This document shows positions 1-8,854 of a stretch of DNA of 25,418 nucleotides, piece after piece. Origin of the DNA: Candidatus Hydrogenedentota bacterium (GTDB lineage Bacteria > Hydrogenedentota > Hydrogenedentia > Hydrogenedentales > SLHB01); assembly GCA_029974275.1 (NCBI GenBank), contig JARKSN010000152.1, forward strand, positions 1-25,418, written 5' to 3'. How positions within the stretch are numbered: position 1 is the stretch's first letter; every line of letters starts with the position of its first letter. The notes under the pieces are model-generated. The model had not been told where the DNA came from. It made no database searches and worked only from the letters and a program-made list of their open reading frames with translations. A program made the translations under genes and the position numbers.

Positions 1-501
1 GGGAACCGCTTCGATCAGGTCCTTGATGTCCTTGGCCAATTCGTGCAGGGCGGCCAGTCCAATGTCTCCCGTCATCGACAGATACAGAACCGGCAACTGC
101 GAAATATTGATTTCGAAAATCTGCGGGTCGTCCGCCTCCGCGGGAATGTCGGGCTTGGCCTGGTCGACTTTGTCGCGCACTTTCTGCAAGGCATCGTCGA
201 TGTCGCGGTCCGCCTCGAATTCAATGGAGATGCTGGAGGCGCCCTCCGCGCTGGAGGAACTGATTTTTTTCACGCCCGCCAAGCCGGTGAGCTTGCGCTC
301 AATCGGCATCGTGACGAGCGACTCCATGTCCTCCGGCGAGACGCCCTGGTATGTCACCACGACGTTCACGAGCGGGATCACGATTTCGGGACTAGATTCG
401 CGCGGCAGCACGAGGTAGCTGTGAACCCCGGCGATGACGACGATCACCAACAGCACCATCACGCTGGCGCGTCGGGCGATGGCGGTGTAGGGGATGATCA
501 T
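1..501 (-). CDS. RND efflux permease (AcrB/AcrD/AcrF family), N-terminal part, truncated at window edge
   Basis: Not in the ORF track. Manual translation from ATG at 501 gives MIIPYTAIARRASVMVLLVIVVIAGVHSYLVLPRESSPEIVIPLVNVVVTYQGVSPEDMESLVTMPIERKL...SSSAEGASSISIEF, the typical AcrB TM1 + LP.E..P + YxGxSPE..E..VT.PIE pattern. The start overlaps the adaptor stop (ATGA). Confidence 0.93.
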   Translation of the reverse strand, partial: MIIPYTAIARRASVMVLLVIVVIAGVHSYLVLPRESSPEIVIPLVNVVVTYQGVSPEDMESLVTMPIERKLTGLAGVKKISSSSAEGASSISIEFEADRDIDDALQKVRDKVDQAKPDIPAEADDPQIFEINISQLPVLYLSMTGDIGLAALHELAKDIKDLIEAVP

Positions 502-1577
502 TCGAGGACCTCGGTGACATGAACCGGTTCCCCTTCGCGAACGTCCCGTTGTCCGGCGACGATCAAGCGGTCTCCCGGCACCAGGCCAGAGGTGACCTGA
601 ATCAGGCTGCCGGCCACGATCCCGGTTTCGATCGGGCGAATGGAGGCTTTCCCTTCATGTTCGAGAAAGACGACGCGGAGGTTTTGGAGGTTCACCGAGC
701 TAAAAATGGGAATGGCGATGGCGTCTGGATACGTCCGGCGCACCAGCGTCGCCCGTGCGATCATCCCCGGTCGGATTTCGCCCGACGCGTTCTCAATGAC
801 GATCTCCGTCAAAAACGTGTGGGTCATGGCATCGGCGGCAGGAGCGATGCTGTGGATGGAACCGTCGAAGGTTCTGTCGGGAAGGGCGTCGATTCGTATC
901 GAGACGCGGTTTCCCTCGGAAAAGTGCGGGATGTCGCGTTCGGGAATGCCAATCTTCAGCTTGACCCGCTCAACCTGCACCAAACGCACCAAGGGGGCGC
1001 CCATGTCGACAAATTCATCCTGCTTGCGAAACACCGTGTCGACGATCCCATCCATCGGGGCTTTCAGAACGCTCTTCCCTAAGGCGATCCGGGCGCTGCG
1101 CAATGCCGCGGCGGCGACGTCACGTCCCGCCACCGCGTTGTCGAGATCGCGCAAGGGCGTGGCTCCTCGTCCCGACAACGATTGGATGCGATCGTATTCG
1201 CGATTGGCCAACGTGACTTGGGCCAGCGCCTGATCCGCCTGCGCTTGCAGGGCATTGGTGTCGATCCGGAACAATTCCTGCCCCGCCGTCACCTTCGCCC
1301 CGGTTTCGACGCCTTGATACTCCACTTTGCCAGGTATTTCGGCGCTGAGCCGGATATCCTTCCACGCTTCGATAGCCCCGGTCAGCGTGATCTGGTCGTC
1401 GAGCGCTTCGGCGTGGAGCACCCGCACCTTGACGTTTGGAACCTGCTGTTCGACTTTGATGGAGGCCTTTTCGGTCGCGAGGGTGCGCGAGCGCACGCTG
1501 GCCGAGATGACGGCGACAACGCCTCCAAACGCTACGATCAGACTGCTCGTAAGGAGCGTGACATGGATTTTCTTCAT
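498..1577 (-). CDS. RND efflux periplasmic adaptor subunit (membrane fusion protein)
   Basis: N-terminal TM anchor, lipoyl/hairpin motifs (AEIPGKV...G..V.AGQ.L, APMDGIV), RPGM, and C-terminal SGLVPGDRLIVAGQ. Lies directly upstream of the RND permease. Confidence 0.93.
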   Translation of the reverse strand: MKKIHVTLLTSSLIVAFGGVVAVISASVRSRTLATEKASIKVEQQVPNVKVRVLHAEALDDQITLTGAIEAWKDIRLSAEIPGKVEYQGVETGAKVTAGQELFRIDTNALQAQADQALAQVTLANREYDRIQSLSGRGATPLRDLDNAVAGRDVAAAALRSARIALGKSVLKAPMDGIVDTVFRKQDEFVDMGAPLVRLVQVERVKLKIGIPERDIPHFSEGNRVSIRIDALPDRTFDGSIHSIAPAADAMTHTFLTEIVIENASGEIRPGMIARATLVRRTYPDAIAIPIFSSVNLQNLRVVFLEHEGKASIRPIETGIVAGSLIQVTSGLVPGDRLIVAGQRDVREGEPVHVTEVLE

Positions 1578-1648
1578 GGCAAGTCATATTTCCTATAGTC
1601 CCATCGGGAACGATGCCAATTCCGATTTTCGTCTCGTTTCATGGCGCG

Positions 1649-2284
1649 TCAGATCGGCTTGTGTTTCGGGGCTCGAGGCCATGCTCCCTCGAGAAAGAGC
1701 ATAACCAAATCGTCGGCCAGCGACCGCGTCAGCCGGAAGAGAGGCTTGCGGCATTTCGCCATCACATGCATGTCGATCAAGCCGCAAAAAGCCCGAGCCA
1801 ATATCTCCGGATCGCCTGCGGTCACCTCCTTGGAAAGGCGGGCCGCCTCCATGAGGGCGCGGATCCGGTTGAATCGGGGTTCCCACAAACTGTCCTCATC
1901 GAAGTCGGGACGATCCAGCCGCGGCGCAAAAAACGTTTGCAGGATGAGCCGAACCGCCTCTGGAGATTGTTCTGCGTGCTGAAAGGTCGTCCAGGCCATG
2001 GCGCGAAGCGATTCACGCAACGTGGAAGCCTTTGCCAGCGCTTCCTCCAAATCCCGGGAGAACGCCTCGAAACGGCTCTCCAGAAGGCGCCGGAACATCG
2101 CTTCCTTGCTTTCGTAATAATAGTAAAGAACAGGCCGGGTCACGCCGGCGCGTTCGATGATCTCACGAATGCTTGTCGCGGCGTATCCTTTATGCGAAAA
2201 CAAATGCAGCGCGCTTTCCTCGAGACGCTGCTTCGTCTCATTGTCCTGTCCAGCACCTTCCGGTCCTGCGCGCCGCCTGCCCAC
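1649..2284 (-). CDS. TetR/AcrR family transcriptional regulator
   Basis: HTH motif ALHLFSHKGYAATSIREIIERAGVTRPVLYYYYESKEAMF. Start placed at GTG 2284 (GAGGG upstream; predicted promoter just upstream) rather than at the ORF-track start 2650. Confidence 0.9.
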   Translation of the reverse strand: MGRRRAGPEGAGQDNETKQRLEESALHLFSHKGYAATSIREIIERAGVTRPVLYYYYESKEAMFRRLLESRFEAFSRDLEEALAKASTLRESLRAMAWTTFQHAEQSPEAVRLILQTFFAPRLDRPDFDEDSLWEPRFNRIRALMEAARLSKEVTAGDPEILARAFCGLIDMHVMAKCRKPLFRLTRSLADDLVMLFLEGAWPRAPKHKPI

Positions 2285-2327
2285 AAAACGCCCTCGCGAT
2301 TTACCGTACGTTACATATATGCCCCAT

Positions 2328-2356
2328 AGGATAATGAAAAAACGCCCCGTGGTCAA
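2328..2356 (-). promoter_or_regulatory. Sigma70-type promoter for tetR-MFP-RND
   Basis: Minus strand reads TTGACC (2356-2351), 17 nt, TATCCT (2333-2328). Confidence 0.6.
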
Positions 2357-2567
2357 GAAAATCGCTTGCCCGCTCAGACCCAACAACATTTTTCCGGTGT
2401 TCGTTGCGTCTTGTTCTCCGAAAAAGGCAAACGTCTTCCAAGAAGGAGCGATTTTCGCGCCCGCCGGCCCGTTGACTGGGGAGCTGTATCCGCTTACAAT
2501 TTTGATGCATGCATTGCGGCGTGTAGACTGCGCTGCCAGGTTTCTCAGGTCCGGGAGAGGAGATGGT

Positions 2568-4445
2568 ATGATGAGAAGAGCGCGCGGCATTTTCCTGATT
2601 CTGACGATGGTCGCGGCAATGGCCGGGCTTGCCGCGTGCGCTGGCAACATGCGAGCCGGCGCTTTTCAGGGCGATGTGACGGCTTCGCCCGTTCCGTGGA
2701 CGCGCGGGGGCATTCCGTCGACGGATGACCGGCTTCAGTTTGCGATTCTGGCCGATCGGAACGGAGGATATCGTCCAGGCGTTTTTGCAGACGCGATCGC
2801 CCACCTGAACCAGCTGCAGCCGGAATTCGTGATGTGCGTTGGCGACCTTATTGAAGGGTACACGCGCGATCCGGAAATCATTCAGGCCATGTATGCGGAT
2901 TTGGACGCTGAACTCGCGCTTTTGGAGCGGCCGTTTTTCTTTGTTCCGGGCAATCATGACCTGACCAATGATACGCTTATCGCCGAATATAAGGCGCGCC
3001 GCGGACGGCTCTATTACCACTTCACGCACCGTAACGCATTGTTCCTCTCTTTGGATTCCGAAGACCCGTCCCAGGCGCGGATCTCGAGCGATCAAGTCGC
3101 ATACGTCCGCCAAACGCTTGCCCAGCACAAGGATGTGCGGTGGACATTTGTCTTTTTGCACCATCCTCTGTGGGCTCCGGAATCTGCTGAGACCGTTCCC
3201 GACTCCGCGTGGCTCGAGATCGAAGCGCTTCTCGCGGATCGTCCTTACACGGTCTTCGCGGGACATACGCATGTGTACGCCAAGCATGTCCGTAATGGAC
3301 GCGACTATTACGTCCTTGCCACGACCGGGGGGGGGAGCAGCCTGACCGGGCCGAGCGTCGGCGAGTTCGATCACCTCACATGGGTGACTCTCGGCTCCGA
3401 AGGGCCCAGAGTCTCCCTGATTCCATTAGGCGCGTTCATTCCGAACGACATTCTCACCGAGACTACCGTCGGCCAGATGCGAAATGTCTTCGGCAATGTG
3501 CGGACAAGAATAAACTCCGTCATGTTGCATGACGGGATGGGGGGTAAGGCGCTAACGGAAGTCGCCTTGTCCAACCGTTCCGAAGCCGATGTCGTTGTCA
3601 CGCTTTCTTTCCCCTCCAACGATGTTCTGCAGGTTTCCCCAAGTCATGTGCGGCTCGATACGGCGGCGGGTTCGCAGAAGTTCTTGCCGCTTGAGGTAAG
3701 CCGTTTGCAGCCCGAGGCGGACATGGGCCTGCCCTATGCCCTTCTCGGCGCCGCGGCGTATGAAGTCGTGTTGCCCGGCGAGCAGTCGCCCCGGACCTGG
3801 CAGCAGGATGCGTGGATTGTTTTGGATCGCCCCAGCGCGGCTCCTCGCCGTTCTTCCCCGGTGAGCGTCGACGGCGACCTTCGCGAGTGGTCGACGCTTC
3901 CCGAGGCATGGTCGGGACGCACGCCGCTCATGCCGCCTGATGAACGCGCGTGGCAAGGCGAGGAAGACTGTTCCTACCGTTTTGCCGTGCAACACGATGA
4001 CGTTTATTTGTATATCGCCGTGGATGTGCGCGACGGCGACGTGCTGGTGCGGCCCGGCCAATTCCCGTGGCAGCAGGACAGCATTGAGGTGCGTCTCGAT
4101 GTTCGCGCCGATCCGGACCGGTCCCTTGGCGAAGGAAAAAACGAGTTCCAGGATTTGTTGCTTATGGCGCCGATACCCGGTCAGCATGATGCACAGGTGT
4201 ATGGGTTTGACAAGCTTCCGTCCGGAACCCGCATCGCGTGTGCGCGTACGGCGACCGGCTATGCGGCCGAGTGGGCCGTTCCCATCGCATACCTCGATGC
4301 CGTCCAGGGAAAGTCCTGGACGGCTGTGCGCGTGAATGTGGCCGTCAACGACCTCGACGGCGACACGATCATGCAGTGCTGGTGGCGTCCCGATTGGCGC
4401 GGTCCGATGAATTACATGGCCTCTGGAACGTTCGAGCGCCGATAG
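2568..4445 (+). CDS. Lipoprotein calcineurin-like metallophosphoesterase with C-terminal CBM9-like/sugar-binding domain
   Basis: RBS GAGGAG before ATG 2568/2571. Signal peptide with lipobox LAAC. Metallophosphoesterase motifs AD, GDL, GNHD, HHP, GHTH. C-terminal VDGDLREW...LYIAVDVRD...DSIEV...GYAAEWAVP...NVAVND is a CBM9-like pattern. Confidence 0.8.
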   Translation: MMRRARGIFLILTMVAAMAGLAACAGNMRAGAFQGDVTASPVPWTRGGIPSTDDRLQFAILADRNGGYRPGVFADAIAHLNQLQPEFVMCVGDLIEGYTRDPEIIQAMYADLDAELALLERPFFFVPGNHDLTNDTLIAEYKARRGRLYYHFTHRNALFLSLDSEDPSQARISSDQVAYVRQTLAQHKDVRWTFVFLHHPLWAPESAETVPDSAWLEIEALLADRPYTVFAGHTHVYAKHVRNGRDYYVLATTGGGSSLTGPSVGEFDHLTWVTLGSEGPRVSLIPLGAFIPNDILTETTVGQMRNVFGNVRTRINSVMLHDGMGGKALTEVALSNRSEADVVVTLSFPSNDVLQVSPSHVRLDTAAGSQKFLPLEVSRLQPEADMGLPYALLGAAAYEVVLPGEQSPRTWQQDAWIVLDRPSAAPRRSSPVSVDGDLREWSTLPEAWSGRTPLMPPDERAWQGEEDCSYRFAVQHDDVYLYIAVDVRDGDVLVRPGQFPWQQDSIEVRLDVRADPDRSLGEGKNEFQDLLLMAPIPGQHDAQVYGFDKLPSGTRIACARTATGYAAEWAVPIAYLDAVQGKSWTAVRVNVAVNDLDGDTIMQCWWRPDWRGPMNYMASGTFERR

Positions 4446-4510
4446 TCCGCCTACGCGGCTTCCACAGTGTTTGTTCGCGCAACCGGATAGGATTGCAATC
4501 TATTCACACC

Positions 4511-5986
4511 ATGAAGAAAGCCCTGTTCATGCTGTCCGTCACGTTGTTCACCCGCATGCTCGCCGCGCAAGAAATCGACCTGGCTTCCCTCCAGGGCGAG
4601 CGCTGGTATGGGCTATACCTAAACGGCCACAAGTCCGGCTACTCGATGACGGCGCTCTCGATTGCAGGGGACGGCGCCGTCACCTATACGGAAGATTGCC
4701 GGTTCCAAGTGACGATGGGCGGACAACGGCAAGACATGCGTTCCCTGACCACGCGATCCTACGCATCGAACGGCGCGCTTCTCAAGGTGGAGGCGCAGGT
4801 GGACGACGCGTCCGGGCGGTCGCTTTTCTCGGGGAAGGTCGAGGGCGACGCATTGCGCTTCACGACAAAGGTGGGAGGAACTGCCCACACCGAAATGTTG
4901 CCGCGTCCCTCGGAGACCCTAACGGACATGGCGCGCCAATTGCGTTTGCTGGGCGGGCAGGCGAAGATTGGCGACAAGATATCGTACCGTGCGTTCGAGC
5001 CGGCTTACCGGAAGGAATTTGACGGCCACAGCGCGATCGAGACCATCGAGGAACGCAATCTGGAAGGCGTAGCGACGAAAGTGTTCAAAATAAGGAGCGC
5101 CGTTCCTGAATTGGGCGTGGAAACCGTTTCCATCGTGACGGAAAAGGGACTGGTCTTGGAAGACACGGTCGCCGGGATCATGGTGATGCGCTTGGAGCCA
5201 AAAGAAATGGCCCAGGACGTGCAGTACAGCAACGACGTGTTGGTGTCGAACGCGGCGTTGCTCGATGCGCCGATCGAGAAGCCCGGAAACCTCATCGAAC
5301 TCGCGCTGACGTTGCGCGGCCCCTTGTCGGAGCGGCATAGCTTCCATGACTCCCGGCAGGCCTTGGTGACTCCTGCCGACGGAGGGCCCTTCTCGTTCTC
5401 GAGCAGACGCCTTGCCGCAGACGCCATAGCGCCGTTGACGCTTCCCTTGGCCGATATCCCCGAGGACGTGCTGCCGTGGACGAAGCCCTCGACGTTTGTC
5501 CAAAGCGACAACGCAAAAATTGTCGCCAAGGCGCGCGAGATCGCCGGCGACGAAAAGGACGCGTTTGCCGTGGCAAGCAAGCTCTGCACATGGACCTGCG
5601 CCAACGTCCGCTCGACCTTCTCGGCGCGTCTATCGAACGCGCTGGAAGTGCTCGAAAATCCAGAAGGCGATTGCACGGAACACAGCGTATTGTTCGTCGG
5701 TCTCGCGCGCGCCGCCGGAATCCCTGCGCGCGAAGTCGCGGGGTTGGTGTATACGGAAGCCCCAAGGCCGGGCTTTTACTTTCATCAGTGGGCCAAGGTT
5801 TGGATTGGAACATGGGTTGACATGGACCCCACCTTTGGCCAGCCTCTTGTCGACCCCACGCATATCAAACTCTCCGAAGGCGACCTGCTACAGCAAACCC
5901 AGCTTATTTCGATCATCGGCCAAGTGCGCGTCGAAGTCGTTCACAAAAAATACGATACCCCAGGAACGGCCGATCCGGAAAAATAG
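4511..5986 (+). CDS. Exported transglutaminase-like (Cys-His-Asp) protein
   Basis: Signal-peptide-like start MKKALFMLSVTLFTRMLAA. Core GDCTEHS-LFVGLARAAGIPAR-FHQWAKVW-WVDMDPT with intact triad. Confidence 0.85.
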   Translation: MKKALFMLSVTLFTRMLAAQEIDLASLQGERWYGLYLNGHKSGYSMTALSIAGDGAVTYTEDCRFQVTMGGQRQDMRSLTTRSYASNGALLKVEAQVDDASGRSLFSGKVEGDALRFTTKVGGTAHTEMLPRPSETLTDMARQLRLLGGQAKIGDKISYRAFEPAYRKEFDGHSAIETIEERNLEGVATKVFKIRSAVPELGVETVSIVTEKGLVLEDTVAGIMVMRLEPKEMAQDVQYSNDVLVSNAALLDAPIEKPGNLIELALTLRGPLSERHSFHDSRQALVTPADGGPFSFSSRRLAADAIAPLTLPLADIPEDVLPWTKPSTFVQSDNAKIVAKAREIAGDEKDAFAVASKLCTWTCANVRSTFSARLSNALEVLENPEGDCTEHSVLFVGLARAAGIPAREVAGLVYTEAPRPGFYFHQWAKVWIGTWVDMDPTFGQPLVDPTHIKLSEGDLLQQTQLISIIGQVRVEVVHKKYDTPGTADPEK

Positions 5987-6008
5987 CCGGTGGATGGTTC
6001 GCGTCCCC

Positions 6009-6037
6009 TTGTAATCGAGGCGGCCCGGATTTAGAAT
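6009..6037 (+). promoter_or_regulatory. Sigma70-type promoter for the DRTGG/kinase module
   Basis: TTGTAA (6009-6014), 17 nt, TAGAAT (6032-6037). GGAGG RBS precedes ATG 6084. Confidence 0.6.
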
Positions 6038-6083
6038 CGAAGCCATCGGAAAAGGCAGGCTCGCAGCCTCTTGGGAGGCACGC

Positions 6084-6440
6084 ATGACGCTGGACACCTT
6101 GATCACGCGCATCGGGGCGCGATGGATTGTCGCCGGGAACGCTTCGCATATCGCCATTTGCGGGGCGTATGCGGGGGACCGTGTCAGCGACCTGCTGAAT
6201 CATGTTTCCGAAGACACCCTGTTGATCACCCACCTCTCGAACTCCAGCCTGATTCGCCTTATCGAACTGATGGATGCGCGCGCGATTTGTCTAGCCGGCG
6301 GCGTGGAGCCGGACGACGGGCTTGTGGCCGTCGCACGCGAACAGAACGCTTCCCTGGCGGTGTCGCCTTCCGGAATGTATGAGACTTGCGGCAAAATATA
6401 TGCGGCTTTGTCGGAGTCGCAACACGGCGGCGCGCCATGA
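6084..6440 (+). CDS. Small DRTGG-domain protein (hydrogenase-associated)
   Basis: YAGDRVSDLL...LLIT.L.N...GMYETCGKIY pattern of the DRTGG proteins found upstream of hydABC loci. Confidence 0.8.
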   Translation: MTLDTLITRIGARWIVAGNASHIAICGAYAGDRVSDLLNHVSEDTLLITHLSNSSLIRLIELMDARAICLAGGVEPDDGLVAVAREQNASLAVSPSGMYETCGKIYAALSESQHGGAP

Positions 6441-7978
6441 ATACAGCCACCTATGCGATAGATGGCGGGAATTACGAGCAGGGCGGCCTTGCCTCGAAGC
6501 AACTCAAGGAAATGCTCAAGAAAATCGGCGTCGATGCGGCGGCGGTGCGCAAGACGATGATCGCCGCCTACGAGGCCGAGATGAACGTCGTCATTCACGC
6601 GCGAAAAGGAGTGATGAAGGTTGCCGTCGATCCCTCGCACGTGGACGTGGCCGTGATAGACGAGGGACCGGGCATTCCCGACATTGATCGCGCCATGACG
6701 GAAGGGTTTTCGACGGCTCCGCCTGTCGCCCGGGAACTGGGTTTCGGCGCGGGGATGGGGTTGCCCAATATCAAACGAAACAGCGATCGTTTTTCATTGC
6801 AGTCGACCGTCAACCAAGGCACGCATCTGCGTTTTGCCATCTATTTCGCCCCGCAACGGACGGAGGCCTCCGTTCCCAATGCCGTCCATATTCTCAACGA
6901 AAAATGCCGGCAATGCCTGATGTGCCTGCATGCATGTCCGACGCAGGCCATGCGCATGCGGGACGCCCAGCCGCGCATTCTGGATCATCTGTGCATCGAC
7001 TGCACGTCATGCATCGCCGTGTGCGAAGCAGGGGCGCTCGCATTGAATTGCCCCCCCGCGATCGCATCCCCGGAAGTTGCGACGGTCCTGGTCGTGCCGG
7101 CTTCTTTTTTCGAACAATTCGGCGCGGGACCTGGCCCCTCGGAGATCGTCGCGGCGTTGCATGGCATGGGTTTCGCCAGCGTTCGCAGCAGCGCGGAATG
7201 GGAATGCGCCCTCCGCAACGCCGTGGACGAATATGCGCAGTGCGGGGCGGTGGCACGGCCCGTCTTGTCCCCGGTGTGTCCGGCCATAGTCAACCTTATA
7301 CAGCTCAAATTTCCGTCGTTGATTGCGCATGTGGCTCCCTTCCTCACTCCCATCGAGGCCGCGCGCGAAGAATTGAGGGCGATGTCTGCTGCATTCGTTC
7401 CCGCGTGTCCGTCGCAGCAGACGGCCCTGCGTGCAATCGGGACAGATCCGCAACGCGAGATCGTCGATCCCCATGCGCTCCGTTCTCTTGTGGCCCCGCG
7501 CGTTGCGGGGACCAAGCGCGCTTTGGCGGATGCTCCGCAAGGCGCATCCGCGCCAGCGTTCGAGGTGAGCGGCGTCCGGCACGTTCTCAAAGTGCTCGAC
7601 GCCATCGAAAACGGCGAGATGGACGACTGCGACGTGATCGAGCTGTTTGCGTGCGATCAAGGATGCTTCGGATCGCCCATCTGGAAAGAGGCTCCGTTCG
7701 TGGCGCGCCGTCGGTTTGAGCGAACGGGCGGAGGCGTCGGCGCAAATGACGCGGCCATGGCTCTTCCTCGCGAGAAGACGCTGCAACCACGTCCGGGGCT
7801 GCGGCTCGATAGGGACATGGCGCGCGCCATCGAAAAGCTTGCGCAGATCGACGAACTCGCGCGCACCCTGCCCGGCCGTAACTGCTGCGTCTGCGGCGCG
7901 CCAACTTGCGCCGCGTTGGCCGAAGATGTCGTGGCGGGCAGGGCAACGGTGGATGCGTGTGCGTATAGGCAAGCGTAA
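6437..7978 (+). CDS. RsbT-like anti-sigma/Ser-Thr kinase (HATPase) fused to 2x[4Fe-4S] ferredoxin, [FeFe]-hydrogenase-like domain and C-terminal FeS domain
   Basis: ATG 6437 overlaps the DRTGG stop (ATGA). Kinase boxes YEAEMNVVIHA, DEGPGI, GFST, GFGAGMGLPNI. Ferredoxin motifs CRQCLMCLHACP and CIDCTSCIAVCE. H-domain-like SPVCPAIV / PACPSQ / ELFACDQGC. C-terminal LPGRNCCVCGAPTC..LAEDV...C. Confidence 0.85.
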   Translation: MNTATYAIDGGNYEQGGLASKQLKEMLKKIGVDAAAVRKTMIAAYEAEMNVVIHARKGVMKVAVDPSHVDVAVIDEGPGIPDIDRAMTEGFSTAPPVARELGFGAGMGLPNIKRNSDRFSLQSTVNQGTHLRFAIYFAPQRTEASVPNAVHILNEKCRQCLMCLHACPTQAMRMRDAQPRILDHLCIDCTSCIAVCEAGALALNCPPAIASPEVATVLVVPASFFEQFGAGPGPSEIVAALHGMGFASVRSSAEWECALRNAVDEYAQCGAVARPVLSPVCPAIVNLIQLKFPSLIAHVAPFLTPIEAAREELRAMSAAFVPACPSQQTALRAIGTDPQREIVDPHALRSLVAPRVAGTKRALADAPQGASAPAFEVSGVRHVLKVLDAIENGEMDDCDVIELFACDQGCFGSPIWKEAPFVARRRFERTGGGVGANDAAMALPREKTLQPRPGLRLDRDMARAIEKLAQIDELARTLPGRNCCVCGAPTCAALAEDVVAGRATVDACAYRQA

Positions 7979-8060
7979 CGACGTCGGCAAAATATGGCGC
8001 TCGTTCTGCGTCAGGAGGTCCGTTACAGACCGGACCATCCTGGACTCTGAAGTATCGCAC

Positions 8061-8097
8061 GTGAGGAGTGCGCAGTATGACGGCTGCTGCGGTGGCG
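8061..8097 (+). repeat. Degenerate copy of the RBS + 5' end of the second DRTGG gene (partner copy 8485-8521)
   Basis: gtgaggagtgcgcagtatgacggctgctgcggtggcg vs gtgaggagtatgcagcatgacggtagctgagatggcg: 30/37 identical, ungapped. Confidence 0.8.
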
Positions 8098-8152
8098 AAG
8101 CGATGGGATGGATGCGTCGATGCCGCGACGAAGGAGAAAGGAGAAACCTCGG

Positions 8153-8440
8153 GTGAGTAACGCGAGCGTTCAAGGCAATCTGGGTGACGTCGCATCCGCG
8201 TCAGGGCGACGGGTGAGTTTGTTGGCGGTGGCCAGCCTTATCCTGGGACTGGCGGCGTTCGCATTTTCCCTTTTGCCCTTCGTGGGCGTTCCGCCTATTG
8301 TCTGTGGCGTTCTTGCCTTCCGTCGCATTCGAGCCTCCCACGGCTCATTGACGGGGGGACTCTATGCGGGAATAGGCATAGGATTGGGAATTTCTGCGCT
8401 ACTTGTTATGGCATTGTTCTTCCTGCGCACACCCAACTAA
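8153..8440 (+). CDS. Small membrane protein, DUF4190-like
   Basis: GTG 8153 after AAGGAG. LAVASLILG...PIVCGVLAFRRIR...GGLYAGIGIGLG is the DUF4190-type hydrophobic pattern. Confidence 0.7.
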   Translation: MSNASVQGNLGDVASASGRRVSLLAVASLILGLAAFAFSLLPFVGVPPIVCGVLAFRRIRASHGSLTGGLYAGIGIGLGISALLVMALFFLRTPN

Positions 8441-8500
8441 CCCGAAGTGTGCGTCGTATGGCTTTTGTGGGGCTACTATTCGAAGTGAGGAGTATGCAGC

Positions 8501-8854
8501 ATGACGGTAGCTGAGATGGCGGACGCGTTGGGGTTGGAAAATTTGACGCCGGAGATTACGTTGGACCCGGGGCGTGCGGTGACGGGCGGGCATGCGGCGG
8601 ATTTGTTAAGCGATGTTCTGGCGCATGCGCGGCCGGACGGGGTGTTGATCACGGTGCAGGTGCACATGAACGTCATCGCGGTGTCGGTGCATGCCGATCA
8701 GGCAGCGGTCATTTTCTCTGCCGGGCGTCGTCCCGATGATGAGGTCCGTCTAAAGGCGATTGAGGAGAACATTCCGCTATTCGCGTCCGATCGTTCGACG
8801 TTTGACATTGCGGGCAGACTGTATTCCCTTGGCCTTCGAGGGACGCCCATGTGA
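8501..8854 (+). CDS. Second small DRTGG-domain protein
   Basis: VTGGHAADLLSDVLA...ITVQVHMNVIAV...A.EENIPL...FDIAGRLY. GAGGAG RBS. Confidence 0.85.
   Translation: MTVAEMADALGLENLTPEITLDPGRAVTGGHAADLLSDVLAHARPDGVLITVQVHMNVIAVSVHADQAAVIFSAGRRPDDEVRLKAIEENIPLFASDRSTFDIAGRLYSLGLRGTPM

Noticed and set aside
2285..2650. N-terminal extension of the TetR ORF (333 aa), and the 2157 start of the phosphoesterase ORF
   Set aside because: The two extensions overlap each other and cover the promoter region. Better starts with RBSs exist at 2284 and 2568/2571.
8431..8535. attC-like ends around the DUF4190-like gene
   Set aside because: There is no convincing internal palindrome or correct GTTRRRY box, and no integrase in the window.
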